57,052 bases of DNA from an uncultured virus (IMG/VR IMGVR_UViG_3300028393_000031) (Duplodnaviria > Heunggongvirae > Uroviricota > Caudoviricetes), in IMG/VR virus record IMGVR_UViG_3300028393_000031. One strand, 5' to 3'. Every line of letters begins with the position of its first letter. The stretch's first letter is position 1. Of this stretch, positions 21,001-28,996 are shown in pieces. The translations under genes were made by a program, and so were the position numbers. The notes under the pieces are model-generated. The model was not told the DNA's origin. It ran no database searches and saw only the letters and a list, made by a program, of their open reading frames with translations.

Positions 21001-21372
21001 AAATTATTAGCACATGATAAAGATATGGTCTCTGGATTGTATATACAACGTGTCCCTGGCACACAAATAGTGGAAATTTACGAACACAATCAATTTGGTG
21101 GCGTTGTAAACATTCCATATGATAGATTAAAAAACCGAGGATTAGTGAGTATTGCCAGTTGTGGTTTTGGCTGTGTCTTGGTTAAGAAACGAGTATTTCA
21201 ACATGTCGGATATCCGCAATTTGAATATCATCCGGCCATTAGTCACAGTAACACAATATCTGAAGATGTTGATTTTTGTAAAAAAGCATTAGCTAAAGGA
21301 TTCGGCATCTTTGCTGATACTTCTATTTTATGTAATCATATTGGTAATTACAATTTTGAAATTAAACAATGA
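18010..21372 (+). CDS. Multidomain glycosyltransferase (GT4-like plus three GT2/GT-A-like domains)
   Basis: N-terminal GT-B domain (GLGGSE, LWMHD, FPETFGISILE). Three GT-A domains follow: IIIVSTFYN..IDDKSTD..LDGDD, YSIVVPTM..IIIDND..LNDD, and ILIAIPT..FSVDSD..GFGCVLV..SEDVDFC. Confidence 0.88.
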   Translation: MKIAIIDIIGLPYDGTTVFKQGLGGSESAVTFMARELAQIGFDVTVFNNCNIDQAQAGVYDLVTYCPLTDLASEHSFDIVISSRTVIPFVDAIDYHKLQDNRAFALQPYNLYDRIIAQAKMRILWMHDTFCLGDNLIEELAVADRITDIFTLSDFHLTYVANCNHGRRRNFEVLKRKMFITRNGANCYVPEVDIAAKDRNLFVYNASVTKGMIPLVNEIWPRVKSQIPDARLKIIGGYYRFSSASEPDAQEQDWRRMVADPKYTNWGIEFLGVIPQQQIGSILAQSNFMIYPCAFPETFGISILESLLYNTPVITCRFGAAEEVALEGASYLIDYPIEPNSLFPDVNTAQQIDQFVAMTVRAYNDTYLHQQKQYYCNIVKPLAGWDTVALQWKQLFFHRSGKYLSRQQYQQITKINRQVHKVWQRRYHNVVELEHHKTGAEQEIIIVSTFYNCHDYIARCIESVAAQDYDNYQHILIDDKSTDNTVEVVLATLDTLPEYLRNRFVIVSNKERLGAVYNQVASIREIENPNAIVMILDGDDSLVNDNTIFNYYNAIYDGTTEFTYGSCWSMVDNIPLISQPYPESVKQAKSYRQHHFNWILPYTHLRTFRKYLIEDIPDSNFQDSTGKWFKAGGDGSTFYSLIEAADPAQVKCLQQIVYNYNDANPLNDYKVNSKEQTAAAQAIINKQTKPVVAPDTKKYSIVVPTMWRLKDQFVSFINQLCLHPAVDEIIIIDNDNTQTPQLSHEKIKIKDFGKNIYVNPAWNLGVVVSRNNRICILNDDVMFDLGLFEKLQDLITPESGVFGLCPGVSDFNQPPYINGAIDVIPWTTQHTYGFGCLMFIHKDSWQPIPEGLKIYYGDNYIFDLQLSRNKTNYLITNVMFHTPFAVTTSDTSITDGFLDKETIEYQQVNPLTNKNIMPIPNKKKILIAIPTAKYIEPETFKSIYDLIVPDDCEVTFQYFFGYRVDQVRNLIADWVVNGFDYLFSVDSDISFERDTLQKLLAHDKDMVSGLYIQRVPGTQIVEIYEHNQFGGVVNIPYDRLKNRGLVSIASCGFGCVLVKKRVFQHVGYPQFEYHPAISHSNTISEDVDFCKKALAKGFGIFADTSILCNHIGNYNFEIKQ

Positions 21373-22058
21373 CTACATTAGAAGAAAAACAAACTCGGCT
21401 TCGAGAGTTGGGCAGTCAAAGATTAATGCCATGGGATCATGTCAAGTATCTCATGTATCTGCAACGCGAATATAATTTTAATCCTACAGTTGTCTATGAT
21501 GTTGGTGCATGTGTATTGCATTGGACAAACGAAGCTCGACAAATATGGCCTACTACAGATTTTGTAGTTTTTGAAGCAATGGATACCAGTGAATTTTTGT
21601 TTAAAGAACAAGGGTTAAAATACAACATTGGGGTATGCAGTGATGTTAGCGGAAAAGAAGTTGATTTTTATCAAAACGATTATCATCCTGGCGGCAATAG
21701 TTACTACAAAGAAAACGAAGCAGTCAATCCCGAAGCACCTGACTATTTCAATGAGTCACATCGTCGCAGATTAACCACTGTTACATTAGATGATGTTAGA
21801 CGTCAAAAGTCTTTTCCTATGCCACAGTTAATTAAGATGGATGTTCAAGGTGCAGAACTAGATGTACTTAAAGGTGCAGTTGAAACATTACAATCAGTTG
21901 AGCATGTTATATTAGAATTACAAATTGTTGAATATAACAAAGGTGCACCGTTAAGGAATACTGTAATTGAATATATGAGCAGTATTGGATTTGAATGCAT
22001 GGGCCTGTTTAGTAACAATGGCCCAGACGGCGACTACCACTTTGTGCGTAGACATTAA
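21369..22058 (+). CDS. FkbM-family SAM-dependent methyltransferase
   Basis: VYDVGAC and LIKMDVQGAELDVLKG motifs; ATGA overlap with the upstream glycosyltransferase. Confidence 0.88.
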   Translation: MTTLEEKQTRLRELGSQRLMPWDHVKYLMYLQREYNFNPTVVYDVGACVLHWTNEARQIWPTTDFVVFEAMDTSEFLFKEQGLKYNIGVCSDVSGKEVDFYQNDYHPGGNSYYKENEAVNPEAPDYFNESHRRRLTTVTLDDVRRQKSFPMPQLIKMDVQGAELDVLKGAVETLQSVEHVILELQIVEYNKGAPLRNTVIEYMSSIGFECMGLFSNNGPDGDYHFVRRH

Positions 22059-22492
22059 CAATTTAATTGTGCTATCTGAATTTTTTTATAAATCTCTTCA
22101 GAATTAAATGTTCTGTAAAGTCCTGGGTGCATTGGTTTAGGGGCCGCACCTAACGGAACCCATGCATATCCTAAATGTTCGTTGTTGAGTTTAGGCACAA
22201 ATTCAAAATCAACCGCAATAAAAAAAGTGTGATATACAAATCGTTCGTTGTTACTAGTGAACATTTCTATAGGTATAAACTTTGGATCTAGTATTTCTCC
22301 ATCAAGTTCTTCTCTAATTTCTCTCATTAATGCTTTTGATGAGTTTTCATTGAAATCAATTTTACCACCGGCAAGTCCCCATGTCAGTGGCCAGCTGCCT
22401 GATGCTCTAAGTAAAAACAAATATCGTTGGCTATTTTTAGCGTAAATTAATGCGCCAACTCCTTCGGTTACGGTTGCGGAATGACTCTCCAT
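22055..22492 (-). CDS. Nudix hydrolase
   Basis: Nudix box GGKIDFNENSSKALMREIREEL and LNNEHLGYAW. Start taken at the internal ATG (MESHS); the exact start is uncertain. Confidence 0.85.
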   Translation of the reverse strand: MESHSATVTEGVGALIYAKNSQRYLFLLRASGSWPLTWGLAGGKIDFNENSSKALMREIREELDGEILDPKFIPIEMFTSNNERFVYHTFFIAVDFEFVPKLNNEHLGYAWVPLGAAPKPMHPGLYRTFNSEEIYKKIQIAQLNC

Positions 22493-23877
22493 GCGCCCGA
22501 TCCGTACCTGCCCTCTACTGATTTTATCCATTGTTGATCTTTCCATTTATATTGAGTATTTGTTCTTAAATTAGTTATAAATTCTATTGTAGAGGTTTCC
22601 TGACTATTAAATACCACACTCCAATGGCCATCGGCAAATTCAATTATGTCATTTGATTTTGCAACTAAAAATGGTTTATTAGGTCTATTCCAAGCGATCG
22701 CCCCTTCGACATCATTGATTGCTCCGATGTCGTCTAAGATTAAAAATCTACTTCCATCACCCGGAGTTAATATTTCTGAATCAACAACTACAGTTCTTGG
22801 ATCTATTATAGCATCAATTGGTGGCAATGTGTTAGCGGGCAGTGTGTCAACTATTGGAGTAAACAGTAATAGACTTTCATCTGTCGGATGATGCGAAACT
22901 GTTCCAACTACAACAATATTATCCTGCTCAAGAGTAACACGACTTATGCCATTAATTAACCCACCATAATTTTTAAATAACAATGTCCAACTATATGCAT
23001 TGGCATAAGAAGTAGTACCTGGTGTAAAAGTTACTGGTAAGTTTACCAAAAAGTTACTTTCTTGTTCTGATTTTATTAATCTGAGTGTATTACCAATATA
23101 GATAATATTAGATCCAACCGGAGTATACACATGTCTAGCCATTAAATCTCCGGGGTTGTATGTACCCTCGTTGAGTTCGTGAGTAATATTAGTAGCATCC
23201 CAGGTGCTGGTAATAAAGCGTCGAATTACCCCCATATTTTTAACTTTTGCAGGAGGAGAAATCCAGATAGGTAAATCAAATGTCATTGTACCTATATCAA
23301 TCGGATCTTCTGTACCAGTGGGAACAACTCTACTAGAAAAGTTGACATCTGTTAATGTGATATAACTCAGGCTGGTCCAGTCAATATAATTGTCTGAACT
23401 TTGTATATCTAAACTTGGATTAAACAGCACAGCAATTTGTTCAAATAATTGCAATTTTTGATCTGTGTTACTAGTCCAAATATCGCATTTTATAGTCAGC
23501 ATATACGGAACTGGCATTAGCCTTTCTACTGTTAACATATTACCTGCCGCAGCAGTAAAGTTTCCTGCTGGATCCACTGCACGTTCGGTTACTTGTAATT
23601 TACTTACATGGAATGGTTCCTGCATTCTTTTTTGGTCGTATCGGAATCCTGTTACATAAATTGACATAGCAGGAACCGTGGGTAGCGCATTTTCGCTATT
23701 ATTACGTAATATGCTAGCCGCCTGCCTACTGCTATCTCCGTAGTAAATAGGGACCTGTAAAAGATGTACATTTCCATCTCTATCTTTTCCAAGCGAAACT
23801 TGAAAATTACTGAGTATCCTTACAAATTGTTGTAAAAATCGACGTATTTGGCCTGAGTAAAAATATGTATTATTCAT
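22468..23877 (-). CDS. gp15: Tail sheath stabiliser/terminator (T4 gp15-like) with C-terminal extension
   Basis: N-terminal YFYSGQIRRFLQQF..VPIYYG..P.MS..MPVPY..Q.FEQI.VLFNPS pattern typical of gp15; adjacent to the gp14-like gene. Confidence 0.8.
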   Translation of the reverse strand: MNNTYFYSGQIRRFLQQFVRILSNFQVSLGKDRDGNVHLLQVPIYYGDSSRQAASILRNNSENALPTVPAMSIYVTGFRYDQKRMQEPFHVSKLQVTERAVDPAGNFTAAAGNMLTVERLMPVPYMLTIKCDIWTSNTDQKLQLFEQIAVLFNPSLDIQSSDNYIDWTSLSYITLTDVNFSSRVVPTGTEDPIDIGTMTFDLPIWISPPAKVKNMGVIRRFITSTWDATNITHELNEGTYNPGDLMARHVYTPVGSNIIYIGNTLRLIKSEQESNFLVNLPVTFTPGTTSYANAYSWTLLFKNYGGLINGISRVTLEQDNIVVVGTVSHHPTDESLLLFTPIVDTLPANTLPPIDAIIDPRTVVVDSEILTPGDGSRFLILDDIGAINDVEGAIAWNRPNKPFLVAKSNDIIEFADGHWSVVFNSQETSTIEFITNLRTNTQYKWKDQQWIKSVEGRYGSGAWRVIPQP

Positions 23878-23878
23878 T

Positions 23879-24976
23879 TTATGGAGGTGGAGTGTCTGGT
23901 CTTATTCTGAGTACATCATTTAGATTTTGTTTTTGCGGATTAATAACATTATTAACATCAATCCAGGTATTATTATTATTAATAAAACTATGACGTAAAG
24001 TATTATTATCGTCGGCGCCTTTAGTTAAATTACTGCGTACAGCATCTTCAATTTTTAACCAACGCCTACCATCGAATCTAAATAACCTATTAGGCAAGTA
24101 ATCGAGTCTTAAACAAAAGTCTCCTTGTGCTGGTGTTGCTGGAAAACTAATACCTTGCGATACCGGATAACCATTGGGTGCAATTCCGTCGCCACTTAAA
24201 AATCCTTTTGTTTTAGAAACAGGAGTTGGTTCATTGTCTGGTGCATAGTTATATAAGTTATTAACATAATATCCACTTTTTGGAACTTCGTCTTCGGCTT
24301 GTTGTAGTATTGCTTCGTTGATTGATAATTTTTTATCATATATGCTTAAAATATCTTTTATTGGAGTATTATCTGTATCACTAACTGTAATAGTGTTTAA
24401 TATATCTTTGTATTCTTGACTATCCACCATTGGATTAATTTTACAACGCCATAAATGCGGCCACCAAGTTGGGCTAAATCCTTCGGATGCTCTGGTGGTA
24501 TCCCCAACTACAAAAAATCGTTTTAATGCAATTGGTAATTCTACATTTAATGTTTCATAATCCACAAGATGCATTAATTCTAACACATCGCCGTTCATTA
24601 ATTTACGACCCAATATCGATATCATATCATTGATATGAAAGGTCATGAACAGTGTACCAGTTTGTAAAAATAATCCAAATTGCGTTAGATCGAAATCATT
24701 ATCGGTTACTTGATAATGGCCGCGCATAGTGTAAACACTAGTATCATATTTTCGATCTCTATTTTCTAAGAATAGTAAATCTTGTATATTCATTTCGCTT
24801 TGATTTGTATATTGTGGCAAGGTTAAATCATTAGTAGGACCTTGATCAATTGTTCCTTGATATTTGTGTATTAAAACACCGGTTCCCCCAATGGTAAACA
24901 TCTCTGAAATCCTACGATCAAAGAATTTGTAATCTGAAGAGTGATTACCATCTTTCCATAAACTTAATCTTGGCAC
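23879..24976 (-). CDS. gp14: Neck/head-closure protein (T4 gp14-like)
   Basis: GTG start with GGAG SD; motifs DLLFLENRDRKY, FDLTQFGLFL, GRKLMNGDVLEL; upstream of the gp15-like gene. Confidence 0.7.
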   Translation of the reverse strand: MPRLSLWKDGNHSSDYKFFDRRISEMFTIGGTGVLIHKYQGTIDQGPTNDLTLPQYTNQSEMNIQDLLFLENRDRKYDTSVYTMRGHYQVTDNDFDLTQFGLFLQTGTLFMTFHINDMISILGRKLMNGDVLELMHLVDYETLNVELPIALKRFFVVGDTTRASEGFSPTWWPHLWRCKINPMVDSQEYKDILNTITVSDTDNTPIKDILSIYDKKLSINEAILQQAEDEVPKSGYYVNNLYNYAPDNEPTPVSKTKGFLSGDGIAPNGYPVSQGISFPATPAQGDFCLRLDYLPNRLFRFDGRRWLKIEDAVRSNLTKGADDNNTLRHSFINNNNTWIDVNNVINPQKQNLNDVLRIRPDTPPP

Positions 24977-24999
24977 AATAAATCTCCAATACTATTAAC

Positions 25000-25005
25000 T
25001 ATTTA
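25000..25005 (-). promoter_or_regulatory. Late promoter for the gp14-gp15-Nudix operon
   Basis: ATAAATA on the minus strand about 24 nt upstream of the GTG. Confidence 0.65.
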
Positions 25006-25063
25006 TGGATTTAATTAAGTTTGATTTTTATAAATAAATTTGCTAAAATGGCCCATTTTTTGC

Positions 25064-25092
25064 TTGACAAGTGGGCCCGAACCTGCTATAAT
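25064..25092 (+). promoter_or_regulatory. Sigma70-type early promoter
   Basis: TTGACA-17 nt-TATAAT with extended -10 TG. Confidence 0.9.
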
Positions 25093-25123
25093 AGCAGCTT
25101 AACTAACAAAACGGAGTATATCT

Positions 25124-26299
25124 ATGGCAATAGTAGCTGGCGTTAAAATTAAAACAAAAGTACATAAAACCCGTAATCCTTTGTTTGTAGATGAAAAATA
25201 CACAGGTGGTGAGCCCCAATGGGATGCCAATCGAGCAGAAGAATTTACAGACGATGAGTTTGACCACCACTTACGTCAAAGTTTTTATTATTACAATTAC
25301 TACTACAATCAAAAAGATTGCAAGAAGTATGTAGTGGAGTGGATGAAGTCTACCAAAGATTTTGATAAAGATCAGATTAGAAGTTTTGAACGTGCAAGCG
25401 ACAAATGGTTGCCAATGACAGCATGTAGCCTAATAATGGCTAATCGAATTGGCATGCCTCTACGTGCTCGTCATATTGAGTTTTTAAATACCAGCATTAA
25501 CAATGTTATTGCTCGAATCGATTTAGAACCCGCTGAAGAAACTGTAGTGGTAATTAAAGGTGGTGAAGTTTATCGTCCTACAATACAAGATCGTCTGAAC
25601 GAAAAGACATCTGAGGCAATTGGAGAAATTGAAGGTGCATTTGATGATGTTGTGACTAATGTTAAATCTGATTTTAAAGCCTACGACTTTTTAACAGTTA
25701 ACAAAGTACCACAAAGCCAATTGGGCAAGTATCAAGCAGTATTTGAATCGCATCGCGACGAATTTATTCGTGCGCAGTCTAAAGAAGATGAGCAGTTGAT
25801 TGAAGGATACAAGTTCCTTAAGGCAGCAGACTTCCGGCGTATCATTGCCTGGATTGATTCATTGCTGGCAGCAATTGAGCAATATCGCGATGTTAAAAAG
25901 GCAACTAAAAAAGCAGCAGTGCGTAAAGCACCTAGCAAAGAAAAACTGGTTGCTAAACTTAAATACGCCAAAGAGGACAAATCGCTTAAAATTGTTAGCA
26001 TTAATCCTGCTACCATAATTGGCGCCGCCGAGTTGTGGGTTTACAATCCTAAAACACGTAAGCTAGGAAAATATGTAGCATCAAGCTACCAAACTTTGGC
26101 TATCAAAGGATCTACTATTGTGGGATTTGATCTTGATAAGAGTGTTTCTAAAACATTGCGTAAACCCGCAGAGCAATTGTCTGATTTTGCAAAGGCAGGT
26201 AAGGTTGCATTACGCACCTTTATTAAGGATATTAAGGCAGTTGAGGTTAAACTTAATGGGCGTATCAATGTTGATGTTTTACTATTAAAAGTAGCATAA
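25124..26299 (+). CDS. Early hypothetical phage protein, basic C-terminal domain
   Basis: 391 aa with SD GGAG and a consensus early promoter; no function recognised. Confidence 0.8.
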   Translation: MAIVAGVKIKTKVHKTRNPLFVDEKYTGGEPQWDANRAEEFTDDEFDHHLRQSFYYYNYYYNQKDCKKYVVEWMKSTKDFDKDQIRSFERASDKWLPMTACSLIMANRIGMPLRARHIEFLNTSINNVIARIDLEPAEETVVVIKGGEVYRPTIQDRLNEKTSEAIGEIEGAFDDVVTNVKSDFKAYDFLTVNKVPQSQLGKYQAVFESHRDEFIRAQSKEDEQLIEGYKFLKAADFRRIIAWIDSLLAAIEQYRDVKKATKKAAVRKAPSKEKLVAKLKYAKEDKSLKIVSINPATIIGAAELWVYNPKTRKLGKYVASSYQTLAIKGSTIVGFDLDKSVSKTLRKPAEQLSDFAKAGKVALRTFIKDIKAVEVKLNGRINVDVLLLKVA

Positions 26300-26307
26300 G
26301 TTGGGTA

Positions 26308-26345
26308 TCTGTTGCTAAGTATATGGCTAAATACTTAGCAACAGA
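26308..26345 (+). terminator. 15-bp perfect hairpin containing a late promoter (TAAATA 26328-26333)
   Basis: TCTGTTGCTAAGTAT-8 nt-ATACTTAGCAACAGA between an early gene and gp13. Confidence 0.7.
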
Positions 26346-26361
26346 ATAGGAAATTATTTAA

Positions 26362-27495
26362 ATGGCCACACTTAAACCCGGACTAGATCCAATAACTCAA
26401 AGTATTAGTGCTGACAGCCTGGGCGGTCCAGGGCCAATTGCGTTTGATGAATCTTTGCTTACAGCACTTGACGTAAAACGCAATGAAGTAATTGATTATA
26501 TTCGTCTTAGATTGGCCGATGGCATAGTCGACGTTGAGCTAGACCAAGAACACTACTTCTTAGCTATTAAACAAGCATTAATAAAATATCGTCAACGGTC
26601 ACAGAATGCAGTTGAAGAAAGCTATGCATTTTTAAATTTGCTGCCCGAAACTCAAGAATACATTCTCCCCAGTGAAATCATTACAGTCAAACAAGTGTTC
26701 CGCCGAGGCATTGGTAGTGTAACAGGAACTACAGCAAGTCAATTTGAACCATTTGCTAGTGGGTATTTGAATACTTATATGTTGCAGGCAGGTCGAGTTG
26801 GCGGTCTTGCTAATTATGAATTGTTTGCTCAATATCAAGAGCAATCAATGAAAATGTTTGGTGGATACATGAATTTTACATGGAATCCTACAACTAAAAA
26901 AATAACATTAGTTCGTAAAGTACCTGCAACTGGTCATAGTTATGTTAGGTTAACATCTATGACCGCCAATGCTCAAACAGTTGGTAGCACAATAACTATT
27001 GTTACAGAAGATGCGTGGAATGTACAAGTCGGCGGTAGTTTGGCTATTTCTAACTGTAAGGTTGTTGGATATAACGGATACTATCAAATTAAAACAGTAG
27101 ACGGATTAGCCAAAACCATTACAATTACTTCAGTGAATCAATTACAGGATACCACTGTAACAACATTTAATCTTCGCAGTACACAAGTCTGGAGTCCGTC
27201 AACAGATATGCCATCAGAATCTGTGTTGTTGCATACATACAATTATAAACCAGATGCAATGTTATTAAATGATCATATGGCATATCCTTGGTTGCAAGAT
27301 TATGCATATAGTTTTGCTAAAAGAATATTAGGCGAAGCACGTAGTAAATTTGCACAAATTGCAGGACCTCAGGGCGGTACTACATTAAATGGTGATGCAT
27401 TAAAATCCGAAGCATTGGCAGAGATGGAACAATTAGAAAACGATCTTAAGAACTATGTTGATGGTGGTCAGCCATTAACTTGGATCATTGGATAA
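26362..27495 (+). CDS. gp13: Neck protein (T4 gp13-like) with an inserted beta domain
   Basis: IDYIRLRLADGIVDVELDQEH..WLQDYAYSFAKRILGEARSKF..GPQGGTTLNGDALK..EMEQLE..WIIG, a gp13 pattern. Confidence 0.88.
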   Translation: MATLKPGLDPITQSISADSLGGPGPIAFDESLLTALDVKRNEVIDYIRLRLADGIVDVELDQEHYFLAIKQALIKYRQRSQNAVEESYAFLNLLPETQEYILPSEIITVKQVFRRGIGSVTGTTASQFEPFASGYLNTYMLQAGRVGGLANYELFAQYQEQSMKMFGGYMNFTWNPTTKKITLVRKVPATGHSYVRLTSMTANAQTVGSTITIVTEDAWNVQVGGSLAISNCKVVGYNGYYQIKTVDGLAKTITITSVNQLQDTTVTTFNLRSTQVWSPSTDMPSESVLLHTYNYKPDAMLLNDHMAYPWLQDYAYSFAKRILGEARSKFAQIAGPQGGTTLNGDALKSEALAEMEQLENDLKNYVDGGQPLTWIIG

Positions 27496-27505
27496 ATAAT
27501 GTATT

Positions 27506-27877
27506 ATGAAAATTAAAGACATTATTGTTGAACATGGTGGGATGGCAAAACTTCATCCTGAGCACAAAGCACCAATTCAAAATTTAACTACCTTTCCTGG
27601 TCAAAACATGAGTACTGGATCAGCATACAAAAATTATCGATTTGGTATTGCATTAGCAGGTGCTCCCGACTATCCCACTAAAGCAGACAATTACATTGCA
27701 GGTGATCCACTGTTAGCACCTTATACCAAAGAAGAAATGGATATGATAAATGCTGCGGCTGCACAAGTTGGTGACGGAACTAAACAAACTTGGAGTAGTG
27801 GAAGAAGCCAAGAAGTGCCCGGTGTAAACAGAGTTAGTACTACTGCAAAAATTAAAAAAAATAAGTACGGCGTGTAA
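27506..27877 (+). CDS. Hypothetical late protein, candidate internal head protein
   Basis: 123 aa; N-terminus MKIKDIIVE; TAAATA ends 7 nt before the ATG. Confidence 0.7.
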   Translation: MKIKDIIVEHGGMAKLHPEHKAPIQNLTTFPGQNMSTGSAYKNYRFGIALAGAPDYPTKADNYIAGDPLLAPYTKEEMDMINAAAAQVGDGTKQTWSSGRSQEVPGVNRVSTTAKIKKNKYGV

Positions 27878-27881
27878 TACA

Positions 27882-27910
27882 TTGACACTAACCAAAGAAT
27901 ATGCTAAAAT
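27882..27910 (+). promoter_or_regulatory. Sigma70-type early promoter for dNMP kinase
   Basis: TTGACA-17 nt-TAAAAT with extended -10 TG. Confidence 0.8.
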
Positions 27911-27931
27911 GCCCTTAAGAGGGCATTTTTT
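27906..27931 (+). terminator. Intrinsic terminator overlapping the -10 element
   Basis: AAAATGCCCT-TAAG-AGGGCATTTT followed by further T residues. Confidence 0.75.
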
Positions 27932-28543
27932 ATGATTATTGGAATATGCGGATTCATCGGATCTGGAAAAGACACAGCAGCGGATTATCTAGTTAACTTC
28001 CATGAATTCCGCCGCGAAAGTTTTGCAAGTACATTAAAAGATGCAATAAGTGCTATCTTTGGATGGGATAGAGAATTGCTTGAAGGGCGTACCAAACAGG
28101 CTCGTGAATGGCGAGAACAACCAGACTTATGGTGGAGTGAACGCCTTGGTATATCCGAATTAACTCCTAGATGGGTGCTGCAAAACTGGGGTACAGAAGT
28201 ATGCCGTAAAACATTCCACGATGATATATGGATTGCCAGCTTAGAAAATAAGCTACGAAATAGCAAAGACAATGTAGTTATTAGCGACTGCCGTTTCCCC
28301 AACGAAATTAAATCCATTAAAGAACAAAACGGTATTATAATTTGGATACAACGAGGTGAACTTCCTTGGTGGTATGACATCGCAGTTAAAGCTAACCAGG
28401 GCAATATATACGCTGCTCAAGCACTACACTCACATAGCATTCACCCTAGCGAAACTTCTTGGGCAGGCGCAAACTTTGATGCTATTATTCACAATAACAA
28501 CGGCATAGAAGATATGTATGCTCAACTTAAAAATCTGGTATAA
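27932..28543 (+). CDS. gp1: Deoxynucleoside monophosphate kinase (T4 gp1-like)
   Basis: MIIGICGFIGSGKDTAADYL P-loop, TPRWVLQNWGTE, VVISDCRFPNE, HPSE. Confidence 0.92.
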   Translation: MIIGICGFIGSGKDTAADYLVNFHEFRRESFASTLKDAISAIFGWDRELLEGRTKQAREWREQPDLWWSERLGISELTPRWVLQNWGTEVCRKTFHDDIWIASLENKLRNSKDNVVISDCRFPNEIKSIKEQNGIIIWIQRGELPWWYDIAVKANQGNIYAAQALHSHSIHPSETSWAGANFDAIIHNNNGIEDMYAQLKNLV

Positions 28544-28892
28544 TTTTTCCAGGTATCCAAGACGTAGTGATATTTTTTATTTCAACCTGACAGTTTAAAC
28601 ATATAGTTTTCAGATTAGACCAATTGACGTTTTTTTCGTTACCGTCGGTATAATAGACGTTTGCTTGTCCTGAAAATTTAAATTTAAACCCGCACTTATC
28701 ACATTTTTCTGTTTTCCTGTATCCAGATTTATACCAATTTGGAGCCTCGGGCTTGATTTTTTTTCCTTTGTGTATACACGATGTACACATTGCGCGGTAG
28801 TATACTTTACCATGACGATGGTAGTTGACTGCCACGTGGTAAAATTTACACACAGGGCATAATTTTTTAGATATCAATTGTTGATTGGGCAT
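28527..28892 (-). CDS. Zinc-finger protein, degenerate HNH-like
   Basis: Four CxxC pairs (CPVC, CTSC, CDKC, CLNC) and an HNH-like DGNEKNVNWSNLKTICLNC segment that lacks the usual His; TAAGTA ends 6 nt before the ATG. Confidence 0.7.
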   Translation of the reverse strand: MPNQQLISKKLCPVCKFYHVAVNYHRHGKVYYRAMCTSCIHKGKKIKPEAPNWYKSGYRKTEKCDKCGFKFKFSGQANVYYTDGNEKNVNWSNLKTICLNCQVEIKNITTSWIPGKIIPDF

Positions 28893-28959
28893 ATTATATA
28901 CTTATACGTAAAGGACCAGATAAAGGATCGCTAATACCCATGATTTTGCAATCAGAAAA

Positions 28960-28965
28960 TAAATA
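28960..28965 (+). promoter_or_regulatory. Late promoter for the tail sheath gene
   Basis: ATAAATA upstream of SD AAGGA and ATG 28997. Confidence 0.7.
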
Positions 28966-28996
28966 ACTACAACCACGTTTATAAAGGACGAATATC

